Below, one piece after another: positions 37,701 through 46,863 of a DNA stretch of 64,000 bases (positions within the stretch are counted from its first letter, which is position 1; the number at the start of each line of letters is the position of its first letter). Both the position numbers and the translations under genes were made by a program. The notes beneath the pieces were generated by a model, which ran no database searches, had not been told where the DNA came from, and saw nothing but the letters and a program-made list of their open reading frames with translations. The DNA is from Bacteroidota bacterium. Its GTDB lineage: Bacteria > Bacteroidota > Bacteroidia > AKYH767-A > 2013-40CM-41-45. The stretch spans positions 86,630 through 150,629 of the forward strand of contig PLYJ01000220.1 in assembly GCA_003151745.1 (NCBI GenBank), read 5' to 3'.

Positions 37701-40031
37701 CTATCTGAGCAGTTGTACAAATCCTTTTTTTACATTGTTTGTTCCCTTTGAATTTTTATATTCCACTATCCAATAATAAACACCGCTTACACATTGCAGC
37801 CCACTTGTTGTATTTCCTTCCCAGCCTTCATTTACTTTTGTTAGTTCACCAACTAAAATGCCCCAACGGTTAAATATTTTACAATTAAGTTCTATTATAT
37901 TTTTTGTCGTAATTGTAAATACATCATTTAAACCATCATTGTTTGGAGTAAATACATTCGGCGCTTCAACTTCTATTTCACAATCGGAAAGAGAAACAGA
38001 AAGAGAGTCTCTGGCTAAGCATTGTTCGTTGTTTGCTTTCATCCAATAAATTCCGGCAGCATTCACATTGATTGAAGAAGTTGTGGAGCCGTTTGACCAG
38101 AGGTATCTAGTAGCAACTCCCCCGCTTAAAGTAACAGTTTGTCCTTCGCAAATTATTACGTCATTGCCGAGATTTATTTTCGGAGTTTGAATAACGGTAA
38201 TATTTATGGAATCTTTATTGGAGCATTGTTGGGAATTATCCTGAACCCAAAAATTCCCTGAATTCAAAACAGTGATCACAGAAGTTGTTGATCCGTTTGA
38301 CCATAGATAAGATAAAGCACCTGTTCCGGTAAGTGTAACCGAAGTGCCGGAACACACAGTTGTGGCTGATGCTATTAAACCTATTGTTGTTACTACTAAA
38401 GGAATTACTGTAATTGTCGTTGTATCTCGGTTAGAACAATTGTTTCCATCTGTGCCTGTTACCGTATAGGTTTTAGTAGAAGCAGGAACAAAACCTACTC
38501 CATCCGTTACTCCATTTGTCCATGAATAAGTAGTTTGGTTACTGAGCGGAGTCGAAGTGCCAGTGAGCGTAGCCGAACCGCCGGCACACACAGTTGTAAC
38601 ACTTGAGTTAGCAGTAACGATTGGTAAGTTATTTACCTTGATATTTATTGTGTCTGTATTAGAACAATTATTTCCATCTGTTCCCATAACGGTGTAAGTT
38701 TTAGTAGATGAAGGAACAAAACTAACTCCACTCATTACTCCGTCTGTCCATGAATAGGAATTTGCACCACTACCAGTTAGCGTAACTGAACTGCCCTTAC
38801 ATAATGTGGTTGCGCTTGCGTTAGCAGTAATAGTAAGTGTATTAACCTTAACAGACACTGTTGCTCTGCTTGAACTTCCGGTGGAGTTACTATCTTCAAC
38901 ATAATAAGTTGCGTCATTTGTTAAAATAGGCGTTGTAAAATTTGAACCCCCACCCAAGTAAGAGTAGATGCCGCTTTGTGTACCTTTGTACCAACTGAGT
39001 GTGCCTGTTCCTGTTGCTGATAAACTTGCAGTATGATTTGAGCATATAGTATCATTTGCAGCTATTGGAGGAGGTGGCGTAGTACCTGAAGATGCTAAGG
39101 GACCCCAATGTAAAGCATATAAATTGCCTGTATTGTCATCATACTTTGTTTCTACAAGATTATAAGGATTAACAAATACAGGTAAAAACGGATTTGAAAC
39201 AATATGTCCGTTTGTAGCATCAATAGTACATAAATGACTGTTACTACTACTATCACTTAGTTCACAAGTATATTGTTTGTTAATTTCATCAAATGTATAG
39301 TACCCTCCTCCAAAATATAAAGCGTAAAAATTATTGATTGAATTAATGATAGTTCGATTACCTGTTGCAATATTAACAGAAACAAATTGAACACCGCCAT
39401 TGAAACCCAACAATGCATAAAGATTACCAGAAGTATTATCGTACTGAAATCCTAAAATATTATTGCCTATGGAGGAGTGCTTTGAAATAATCTTTCCAGT
39501 TACCATGTCTAAGTTGAATAGGCATATACTTCCAACACTATCAACAGCAGAGAAAATATACCTGTGATTAATATCATCAGATGTTACAGAATAACTCGTT
39601 GAAGTTATATTTAAATGACTTATAATCGTAAAAGCAGCAGTAGTCGGGTTTATTGATACGAAATCTGCACCTGCCGTTGAAATTGAACTACCATAATGTA
39701 TTCCATATAAAATACCTGTAGAATTGTCGAATTTTAGACCTCCGAAATTACCAGTAATTTGTGGAATAGAAACAGTGCTTCCGGTTGTTGCATTAATACT
39801 ACATAAATAATAATTAGTCTTACTACTATCTAGACCAACAAAAATATATCTTCTGTTTTTTTTATCAAAAGTAGATGTTACGGTTTCAATCCATTTAACA
39901 ATTGGAATACTGTCGAGTATAGTATAACTGCAAGTTGCAGGGTTTACCTGAACAAAATATTCTTCTTGTGCAAAAAGAATATTATTTGCAAAAAGGAGAG
40001 AAGCCAATATTTTTACACTCTTCTTTTTCAT
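37701..40031 (-). CDS. T9SS type B cargo adhesin with a beta-propeller-like N-terminal region and Ig-like repeats
   Basis: The signal peptide MKKKSVKILASLLFANNILFAQ follows the ATG at 40031; the track start at 40079 is a TTG. The Ig-like repeats read …TTVC.G.S.TLTG…YSWT.GV… The C-terminal CHU_C domain reads NVFTPNNDGLNDVF…FNRWGILV…GVYYWIVEY…GFVQLLR. Confidence 0.85.
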   Translation of the reverse strand: MKKKSVKILASLLFANNILFAQEEYFVQVNPATCSYTILDSIPIVKWIETVTSTFDKKNRRYIFVGLDSSKTNYYLCSINATTGSTVSIPQITGNFGGLKFDNSTGILYGIHYGSSISTAGADFVSINPTTAAFTIISHLNITSTSYSVTSDDINHRYIFSAVDSVGSICLFNLDMVTGKIISKHSSIGNNILGFQYDNTSGNLYALLGFNGGVQFVSVNIATGNRTIINSINNFYALYFGGGYYTFDEINKQYTCELSDSSSNSHLCTIDATNGHIVSNPFLPVFVNPYNLVETKYDDNTGNLYALHWGPLASSGTTPPPPIAANDTICSNHTASLSATGTGTLSWYKGTQSGIYSYLGGGSNFTTPILTNDATYYVEDSNSTGSSSRATVSVKVNTLTITANASATTLCKGSSVTLTGSGANSYSWTDGVMSGVSFVPSSTKTYTVMGTDGNNCSNTDTINIKVNNLPIVTANSSVTTVCAGGSATLTGTSTPLSNQTTYSWTNGVTDGVGFVPASTKTYTVTGTDGNNCSNRDTTTITVIPLVVTTIGLIASATTVCSGTSVTLTGTGALSYLWSNGSTTSVITVLNSGNFWVQDNSQQCSNKDSINITVIQTPKINLGNDVIICEGQTVTLSGGVATRYLWSNGSTTSSINVNAAGIYWMKANNEQCLARDSLSVSLSDCEIEVEAPNVFTPNNDGLNDVFTITTKNIIELNCKIFNRWGILVGELTKVNEGWEGNTTSGLQCVSGVYYWIVEYKNSKGTNNVKKGFVQLLR

Positions 40032-40175
40032 TGGTGTTGTCATTTTCGAACTGTTTTCGCTACTACAAATGTAAATCAAATGCGATGGACTTTATTGCAA
40101 AAATTTATACCGATGAAACATAAAATAAACCTTTTCCAAAGTTTTTAACTTTGAAAACGGTAAAAAGCAGAAAAC

Positions 40176-40211
40176 AAAAACCTTTCCAAATAATTATTTG
40201 GAAAGGTTTTT
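40176..40211. terminator. Perfect palindromic terminator
   Basis: aaaaacctttccaaata (40176-40192) is the exact reverse complement of tatttggaaaggttttt (40195-40211). Confidence 0.7.
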
Positions 40212-40233
40212 GTTTTCATTAATGGATTTATAA

Positions 40234-40380
40234 TTATTGTTTCACCATTTTTTTAGATTCAATAATTTGACCGTCCACCACAAGTGTATAAGTATAAATA
40301 CCATTTGTTAAATCATTGGCAAATACATTCAACGCACCTTTGCCTTTTTGAATCAAATCAACCGATTGTATTAACACTGC
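40234..40380 (-). pseudogene. 5'-truncated relic encoding only a T9SS type A C-terminal sorting domain tail
   Basis: The reverse strand reads …VLIQSVDLIQKGKGALNVFANDLTNGIYTYTLVVDGQIIESKKMVKQ*. The end of 42826..46356 reads …INSVDLIQKGKGSLNVFAQDLTNGIYTYTLVVDGNIIETKKMVKQ*. Confidence 0.7.
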
Positions 40381-40383
40381 AAA

Positions 40384-40566
40384 ATATATACCCGTTGGGG
40401 AATATTGATTTATGAAAGCAATACTGCTTCAATAGGCTGGGATGGGACTACACAAGCAGGAATTAAATTACCAGATGGTACTTATTATTATGTACTTAAA
40501 GCAATTGGGAAAGAAGGAAAAGACTATGATAATAAAGGATTTATTCAATTAATGAAGTCATATTAA
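40384..40566 (+). pseudogene. 5'-truncated relic encoding only a T9SS type B (CHU_C) domain tail
   Basis: The sequence is IYTRWGILIYESNTASIGWDGTTQAGIKLPDGTYYYVLKAIGKEGKDYDNKGFIQLMKSY*. There is no start or N-terminal part. It is followed by the same conserved spacer as the two downstream paralogs. Confidence 0.7.
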
Positions 40567-40717
40567 AATACTTTCTCTTTCTTTTTTCATTAAATATTCT
40601 ACACCATTAATTGTAATAAAAGTTTGCATTTTGTAGGTTAATAAAAAACTGTAACCTTGTAAATACAATTTCGTTTTACAAGTTTTTATTAACCAAAAGA
40701 AACACCTTTTAAATTCC
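40561..40717 (+). repeat. Conserved inter-paralog spacer/leader, copy 1
   Basis: Near-identical to 41720-41875 (tattaaaatactttctctttc…ctgtaaccttgtaaatacaatttcgttttacaa…cgtg). A partial third copy lies at 15251-15345. Confidence 0.85.
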
Positions 40718-41719
40718 GTGAAAACAATATTAATACAGCTATATCTAATTTTTTTATTGATGCTAACAACTACTGCATACAGCCAAACAAATTTAGTTCC
40801 TAACCCAAGTTTTGAAATATATACTACTTGTCCTGATGGGGGTGGGGGGGAATTAAATTATGCGCCACCTTGGTATCCCCCTACAGCAGGTTCTCCAGAC
40901 TATTTTAATCAATGTAATAATAGTTCATCAACATTTGGAGCTAATGCAAGTGTACCAGCTAATAGTAATGGTTATCAATATGCAAGAACGGGTGTTGCAT
41001 ACGCCGGCTTCAGTCCATCCATTCCGGATATTGAATATCGAGAATACATTCAAGCTCCTTTATTATCACCTCTTATTGTAGGTAAAATGTATTGTGTTGA
41101 ATTTTATGTGTCTTTAGCAGATAGTATAAAATATGCGATAACGGAAATAGGAGCTTACTTTTCAAACGGTCCCATTATAAATATGGGCATTGCTTCCAAT
41201 TTACCATACAATCCCCAAGTACGTAGCCCTGTCGGAGTTTTTTTGTCTGATAAAAATAACTGGATGAAGATCTCAGGTAGTTTTATTGCAAATGGTGGAG
41301 AAAATTACATCACTATTGGTAATTTTAAGAATGATATTAATACTGACACACTAAGTACAAACATTTGGAGTGCAAATGGCGAAACTCAGTCCTATTATTA
41401 TATTGACGATATTTCGGTAATTTATGAATGCGATACAGTAAGTAATGTTATAAATATCGCTAATATTTTCACACCTAATGGAGATAACAATAATGACCAA
41501 TTTGTAATTCAAGATAAAAGCCATCAAATTAAATTAATAACTATTTATGACCGTTGGGGAATTAAAGTATTTGAAACAAATAATATAAATGAACCGTGGG
41601 ATGGACGAACAACATCAGGTATTCCATGCACTGAAGGAATTTATTATTACATATTGGAACTACATGATATTGCACAGAACAATCTAAAAACAAAAGGATT
41701 TATTCAATTAATGAAGTAA
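40718..41719 (+). CDS. T9SS type B cargo protein, paralog A (GTG start)
   Basis: The signal peptide is (M)KTILIQLYLIFLLMLTTTAYSQ. The N-terminal domain of about 230 aa ends …YYYIDDISV. The C-terminal CHU_C domain reads NIFTPNGDNNNDQF…YDRWGIKVFE…WDGRT…GIYYYILE…GFIQLMK. Confidence 0.85.
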   Translation: MKTILIQLYLIFLLMLTTTAYSQTNLVPNPSFEIYTTCPDGGGGELNYAPPWYPPTAGSPDYFNQCNNSSSTFGANASVPANSNGYQYARTGVAYAGFSPSIPDIEYREYIQAPLLSPLIVGKMYCVEFYVSLADSIKYAITEIGAYFSNGPIINMGIASNLPYNPQVRSPVGVFLSDKNNWMKISGSFIANGGENYITIGNFKNDINTDTLSTNIWSANGETQSYYYIDDISVIYECDTVSNVINIANIFTPNGDNNNDQFVIQDKSHQIKLITIYDRWGIKVFETNNINEPWDGRTTSGIPCTEGIYYYILELHDIAQNNLKTKGFIQLMK

Positions 41720-41875
41720 TATTAAAATACTTTCTCTTTCTTTTTCCATTAAACATTCTACACAATTAATTGTAATAAAAATTTGCATTTTATAGGTTAA
41801 TAAAAAACTGTAACCTTGTAAATACAATTTCGTTTTACAAATTTTATTAACCAAAACAAACACCTTTTTAATTAC
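41720..41875 (+). repeat. Conserved inter-paralog spacer/leader, copy 2
   Basis: See the 40561-40717 feature. Confidence 0.85.
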
Positions 41876-42808
41876 GTGAAAACAATATTAATACATCTAC
41901 ATCTAATTTTTTTATTGATGCTAACAACTACTACATACAGCCAGCAAAATTTAATTCCTAATGGCAGTTTTGAAGTATATTCTACCTGTCCTGATAACCA
42001 AGGAGAAGTTTATTTAGCTTACCCATGGTTTGACCCAACTAATGAATCATCTGATTATTTCAATTCATGTTGTAATAATGGTATTGCAGGTGTTCCAAAC
42101 AATTTTTATGGATACAAATATTCTTTTGAAGGAAATGGATACGCAGCATTCGCAACATATGAGGGAAACGGAATAGGAGCTAATTACAGGGAATATATTG
42201 CCATAAAACTTAATGAAAGCCTTTTACCAACACATGAATATTGTTTTACAGCATACGTTTCTCCGTCAAATAATTTCAAATATTATTCGAATAATATCGG
42301 AATATTATTGTCAAAAGATACTGTCGGTTTAAGTAGGTTTTATGGTAATTATATAGCAATCAAACCAACCGCAAATAATGATACGATTATAGCAGATACA
42401 AACAAGTGGACGCAAATAGATTTAAAATTTAAAGCAACTGGAAACGAAATTTTTTTAATAATTGGAAATTTTTTTAATGATGTAAACACAAAATATATTA
42501 TATCAAACCCAAATGGTTATGAAGGTGCATATTATTATATAGACAAGGTTAGCTTGACTGATTGTTCTGAATTAAACATTCCGAACATCTTTACACCGAA
42601 TAATGATAATGTAAATGATTTTTTTGCAATTAATTTTTTACCCGAAAACAGTAAACTAACCATATATAACCGTTGGGGGGATAAGATTTATTACTCATCT
42701 AACTATAAAAATGATTGGGATGGAAAAAACATAACCGATGGTGTTTATTATTATTTGTTAGAAACTAACGAAAAAGTTTACAAAGGTTATATTCAATTAA
42801 TTAACTAA
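41876..42808 (+). CDS. T9SS type B cargo protein, paralog B (GTG start)
   Basis: Same signal peptide and architecture as paralog A, with the CHU_C tail NIFTPNNDNVNDFF…YNRWGDKIY…WDGKN…GVYYYLLE…GYIQLIN. Confidence 0.85.
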   Translation: MKTILIHLHLIFLLMLTTTTYSQQNLIPNGSFEVYSTCPDNQGEVYLAYPWFDPTNESSDYFNSCCNNGIAGVPNNFYGYKYSFEGNGYAAFATYEGNGIGANYREYIAIKLNESLLPTHEYCFTAYVSPSNNFKYYSNNIGILLSKDTVGLSRFYGNYIAIKPTANNDTIIADTNKWTQIDLKFKATGNEIFLIIGNFFNDVNTKYIISNPNGYEGAYYYIDKVSLTDCSELNIPNIFTPNNDNVNDFFAINFLPENSKLTIYNRWGDKIYYSSNYKNDWDGKNITDGVYYYLLETNEKVYKGYIQLIN

Positions 42809-42825
42809 CCCTTAATCCAAAAAAT

Positions 42826-45800
42826 ATGAAACTAAAAATACTATTAAGTACAATTTGTTTATTAACATTTTTACTTGTAAAATCTCAAGTAGTTCCATAT
42901 TGGAAACTAGGAGGAAATGCAGCACCACCACTTATAAGAGTAGATAATGTAAATGCTACCAACAATTTTTTCGGCACCGCCGTCGCAAATAACATCGCTG
43001 TACGTATGGGTACAGCAGGTATAAGCAGAATGTTTATGCAAAACAATACAGGTGCTACGGCTGGTTTTATCGGTATAGGTCCAAGTTTCACAGCGCCACA
43101 ATCCTTGCTGCATCTTAATCTTCCAACTAATAATGAAGTTTGTTCCCAATACACGAACCTTTCTACAGGATCCGCTTTTGGCGATGGTTTAAAAGTTGGT
43201 GTTGTGAGTGGATTTTTTCCTGGTTGGGCAATAATCGACCAACAAGGGACTAAACCATTGTGGTTTCTTACTTCAGGAGTATCGCGTATGATTATAAATG
43301 GTAGCAGTTCAGGAGCAACTGAAGGGTTTGTAGGAATAGGTAATTTTCTTAATCCGGGTAATTCTTTAGAGATAAAATCCATTATTGCATCGTCAGGAAC
43401 AGCTAATAATCACCCCGCATCAACTTTCGGGGCTCCCACAGGTACTTCAGGGCTTCGCTTTACAAACTTAAATTCAAATTCCGTTCCGGAAGCAAATCCC
43501 GGTAAAGGTGTACTTTCACTAAATGCAACTGGTGATGTAATTATCGTGCCAGGCGGAGGTGCCGGAGGTGTTACCTCCTGTAACACAATTGCATTAAATT
43601 TTTTACCCAAATGGTCGAACATTCCAAACAAAGAACTTTGCCAAAGCATCGTTTATGATGATGGAACACGTGTAGGTATTAGTACCACTGCACCCCAATC
43701 ATTATTGCATATAAATGATGGAGCTAACGCTGTTTACACACAAGTAACAAATACAGCAACAGGCGCTACAGCCGCAGATGGATTAAAAATAGGTTTGGCA
43801 GCAACAGCAGGAGTTGCGGAAATCCGTCAACAAGAAAATGCTGATTTAAATTTTTTTACTAATAATTTCCAACATGTAACCATGTATTCCAACGAAGCAA
43901 CAAACTTTGTTAATGGTGGTGGTGTGGGTATTCATCTTAATCCGGCAGCTCCGATAACAATTCCACGTGCATTGCTTCATATTGGTGAGGATATTGGCAT
44001 ACACGGTTTTGGTGGAGGGCAACGCCCTTGGATGCGAGTAGGTGTTTTTTGTGGGGTACAAAGCGACAATATGTATGTTGGGATTAAAGAAGAAAATGAT
44101 GCCGCTGGTTTTCAAAATAATGATGCAATTATTAATTGGGCAGATGATGGTTTAAACCCTAGTTCTAAGGATTACATGCGTTTTATATTTACCACTTCAA
44201 GTAATATACCATTTGCAAATGGATCTGAAGGTTTAGAAATAGCAAGATTATCACCCACTTCGCACATGGGAATAGGTAATTTTGTTAATAATCCGCTTTT
44301 TCTATTAACAAAGGAACCCGCCAGAAGGCTGGAAATATTATCAGATAAAACGGCGGCAAATATTAATGGTGCGCCACAAGTTCGTTTGACCCATTCACAA
44401 GAAGACCCTGCAAATATAGGTAGTACAGGAAAATTTACTGAAATGGAAACAACACACTTTGGTGATCTGGCAATTACAACTTTTGATAACACACAAGTAA
44501 ATACTGCTACAAGAACACTTAAACAACGTTTTGTAGGTATCAACACAAACATTCCCGGCAATACCTTAGAAGTTAATTCTCAATTTTTATTATCCACAAC
44601 ACTCAATGGAGCCCCTCCTGCACCCGGCTTTGGAGCATCAACAGGTGCATCAGGTCTCAGATTTACTGATTTAATAAATACTTCTATTCCGCAAGCTAAT
44701 CCTGGTTCAGGAGTACTTTCTGTTAATGCAAATGGTGATGTGATTTATGTACCTGTTGGTGGTGCCACAGGAGCAACTGGCCCTCAAGGTCTCCCGGGTG
44801 CCACAGGAGCAACAGGAGCTGCAGGTACTTCCAATGCACATAACGGAGCTTCAATCAGTACGATAACGCCAAATTACGTTGCTTGGGGGCAAGATGTTAA
44901 TGCAACCGCTACTCCGGGACAATTGGCAAATCCTGGACAATTATTAAGTGATAGAGAAATCCCTTTGAACGGGAAAAATATTTTTTTTACAGGACAGGAT
45001 GCCGGTTATACTTATAAGAATGATATATTTATTGGTTATGATGCCCCACTAACTGTTCTTCCCCCGGAATCTAAATTCTCTGTTATTGAAAATGTAGGCA
45101 ATGTTAATGCAACTACTTATGCAGGGCATTTTAGAAATATTGATGTTGGAGCGGAATTTCCAATAATCGGTTTAGCTGGAATTAGTGATGCAACGCAAGC
45201 CATAGGAGGAAATACTGGAGGATACTTCGCAGCTTCAGGATCATCAAGTTTGAATTTAGGGGTGGATGTAGAGGTTAATGCTGGAACTGGAAGTGGAACT
45301 GGAATATCAGTTAATGTTACTGGCACTGGTGGGTCTAGCAATAATGTTGGATTTAATTCAACTGCTTCGGGTAGTTCTAATGCAAATTGGGGAGCTATAT
45401 TTACCGGTTCCCTTGGGCAATATGCTTATGGTGTAAGTGCAAAAGCAGCAGGTGGTACTGTTTTAAATCGAGCTATATGGGGCATTGCTTCCCCTACCGA
45501 TCCAAATAGTTACGCAGGTTATTTTGATGGAAATGTTAATATAAACGGAACGGCTACATGTAGTTCTGGACAATGGACTTCTGACAAGCAATTCAAAACA
45601 AATATTGATTCCATTACTAATGCCTTAGGAATTATAAAACAAATGCAGCCAAAAACATTTAATTTTGATACTGCTAACGTTTATGGGATGAATTTCTCAA
45701 GCCAAAAACAATATGGCTTAATTGCCCAACAAGTAGAAACAGTATTGCCCGAATTAATTTCAAACATGAATAAGTCTGCTGATCTTGATAGCGCAGGAAA

Positions 45801-46356
45801 TGTTATTCATCAGGCAATAACTTATAAAACCTTAAACTATAATGCCTTCATCGCTATTTTAATGAAAGGTATACAAGAGCAACAAAAAACAATAGACAGT
45901 TTAAGAGCAATTACAAACTTAACAAGCAAAACAACAAAGCAAGATTCAATCAATGCTGCGGTGCAAAATCAATTAACTCAACTATCTAATTCAATTAATG
46001 CTTGTTGCAATGCTCCAAAACTTCCTATAATTGGGCTTTTGAAAAGTCTTTCTGATAGTAGTAGCAACCAAACCAATGTGAACTTAAATAATTCGCAAAC
46101 AATTGTATTGGCGCAAAATGTTCCAAATCCTTTTGCGGAGCAAACAACTATTAATTATTTTTTACCGGATAATATCGTTAAAGCTCAAATGTTGTTCTAT
46201 GATGCGAAAGGGATGTTAATAAATTCTGTTGATCTTATCCAAAAGGGAAAAGGTTCTTTAAATGTATTTGCACAGGATTTAACAAACGGCATTTATACCT
46301 ATACTCTTGTGGTTGATGGTAACATTATTGAAACGAAAAAGATGGTGAAACAATAA
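42826..46356 (+). CDS. Tail-fibre-like secreted protein: repeated fibre modules, short collagen-like tract, S74-type intramolecular chaperone domain, coiled coil, T9SS type A sorting domain
   Basis: An internal duplication reads …TGTSGLRFTNLNSNSVPEANPGKGVLSLNATGDVIIVPGGG and …TGASGLRFTDLINTSIPQANPGSGVLSVNANGDVIYVPVGG. The GXY tract is GATGATGPQGLPGATGATGAAG. The endosialidase-chaperone-like block reads SDKQFKTNIDSITNALGIIKQMQPKTFNF…YGLIAQQVETVLPELI. The C-terminus reads NVPNPFAEQTTINYFLP…GIYTYTLVVDG…. Confidence 0.85.
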   Translation: MKLKILLSTICLLTFLLVKSQVVPYWKLGGNAAPPLIRVDNVNATNNFFGTAVANNIAVRMGTAGISRMFMQNNTGATAGFIGIGPSFTAPQSLLHLNLPTNNEVCSQYTNLSTGSAFGDGLKVGVVSGFFPGWAIIDQQGTKPLWFLTSGVSRMIINGSSSGATEGFVGIGNFLNPGNSLEIKSIIASSGTANNHPASTFGAPTGTSGLRFTNLNSNSVPEANPGKGVLSLNATGDVIIVPGGGAGGVTSCNTIALNFLPKWSNIPNKELCQSIVYDDGTRVGISTTAPQSLLHINDGANAVYTQVTNTATGATAADGLKIGLAATAGVAEIRQQENADLNFFTNNFQHVTMYSNEATNFVNGGGVGIHLNPAAPITIPRALLHIGEDIGIHGFGGGQRPWMRVGVFCGVQSDNMYVGIKEENDAAGFQNNDAIINWADDGLNPSSKDYMRFIFTTSSNIPFANGSEGLEIARLSPTSHMGIGNFVNNPLFLLTKEPARRLEILSDKTAANINGAPQVRLTHSQEDPANIGSTGKFTEMETTHFGDLAITTFDNTQVNTATRTLKQRFVGINTNIPGNTLEVNSQFLLSTTLNGAPPAPGFGASTGASGLRFTDLINTSIPQANPGSGVLSVNANGDVIYVPVGGATGATGPQGLPGATGATGAAGTSNAHNGASISTITPNYVAWGQDVNATATPGQLANPGQLLSDREIPLNGKNIFFTGQDAGYTYKNDIFIGYDAPLTVLPPESKFSVIENVGNVNATTYAGHFRNIDVGAEFPIIGLAGISDATQAIGGNTGGYFAASGSSSLNLGVDVEVNAGTGSGTGISVNVTGTGGSSNNVGFNSTASGSSNANWGAIFTGSLGQYAYGVSAKAAGGTVLNRAIWGIASPTDPNSYAGYFDGNVNINGTATCSSGQWTSDKQFKTNIDSITNALGIIKQMQPKTFNFDTANVYGMNFSSQKQYGLIAQQVETVLPELISNMNKSADLDSAGNVIHQAITYKTLNYNAFIAILMKGIQEQQKTIDSLRAITNLTSKTTKQDSINAAVQNQLTQLSNSINACCNAPKLPIIGLLKSLSDSSSNQTNVNLNNSQTIVLAQNVPNPFAEQTTINYFLPDNIVKAQMLFYDAKGMLINSVDLIQKGKGSLNVFAQDLTNGIYTYTLVVDGNIIETKKMVKQ

Positions 46357-46532
46357 TTTGCAAATTCAGAAAGATAATTGCAAAAAAGCTAAATCTTACT
46401 TCATAAAATTAAATCTAAAGTTAATATGAAAACACAGTAGAAGCACTGTGAGGATATAATAGTGGGCATGATTCTATTGACGTAGCTCCTGTAAAATAAA
46501 TCGAACAAGACTGTAAAAGTAAAAAATAAAAT

Positions 46533-46841
46533 ATGTATAGAGGATTTAATTTGAAATTTCCGGAAGGCAAAAACTTATTTACTCATTCTTTGGTCGAGGG
46601 AAAAAAATTGTATGAGCAAAAGGAATCTTTGGTAAAAAGCTTTCTCGACAATTTCAAAAACATTAATGGAAGGCTTGATGGATCAAAGCTTCAGGCAAAT
46701 TGGTTTCCTCCGGTTAAATCCGATATTTTTTTATCGCATACGCATAAAGATAAAGATCAGGCTATTGCTTTAAGTGGATTGTTCCCGAAAATTTATTTTT
46801 CCTTAAAATTGGAAGTGTTGGCTGAAATGCCCTTTAGATAG
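46533..46841 (+). pseudogene. 3'-truncated TIR-domain protein gene
   Basis: …WFPPVKSDIFLSHTHKDKDQAIALSG… resembles the start of a bacterial TIR domain (D[VI]F[IL]SH..KD). The ORF ends about 35 residues into the domain. The 46-nt repeat copy B follows 22 nt later. Confidence 0.5.
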
Positions 46842-46863
46842 TCGTTTAACTGAACTAAAACAT

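Noticed and set aside
42885-45341. The track lists several antisense ORFs inside the tail-fibre-like gene (for example 42885..43382 at 165 aa, and 44172..44561 at 129 aa).
   Set aside because: They lie antisense to a long, well-supported Gly/Ala/Thr-rich coding region, which typically leaves the opposite strand open. They have no motifs and no independent start context.
40234-46356. I considered whether the inverted type A sorting-domain copies act as an invertible, shufflon-like switch for the 6-kb cargo segment.
   Set aside because: The two copies have clearly diverged at the DNA level, with many substitutions over 150 nt. They are short, and no invertase or recombinase gene is nearby. I treat them as a historical rearrangement scar.
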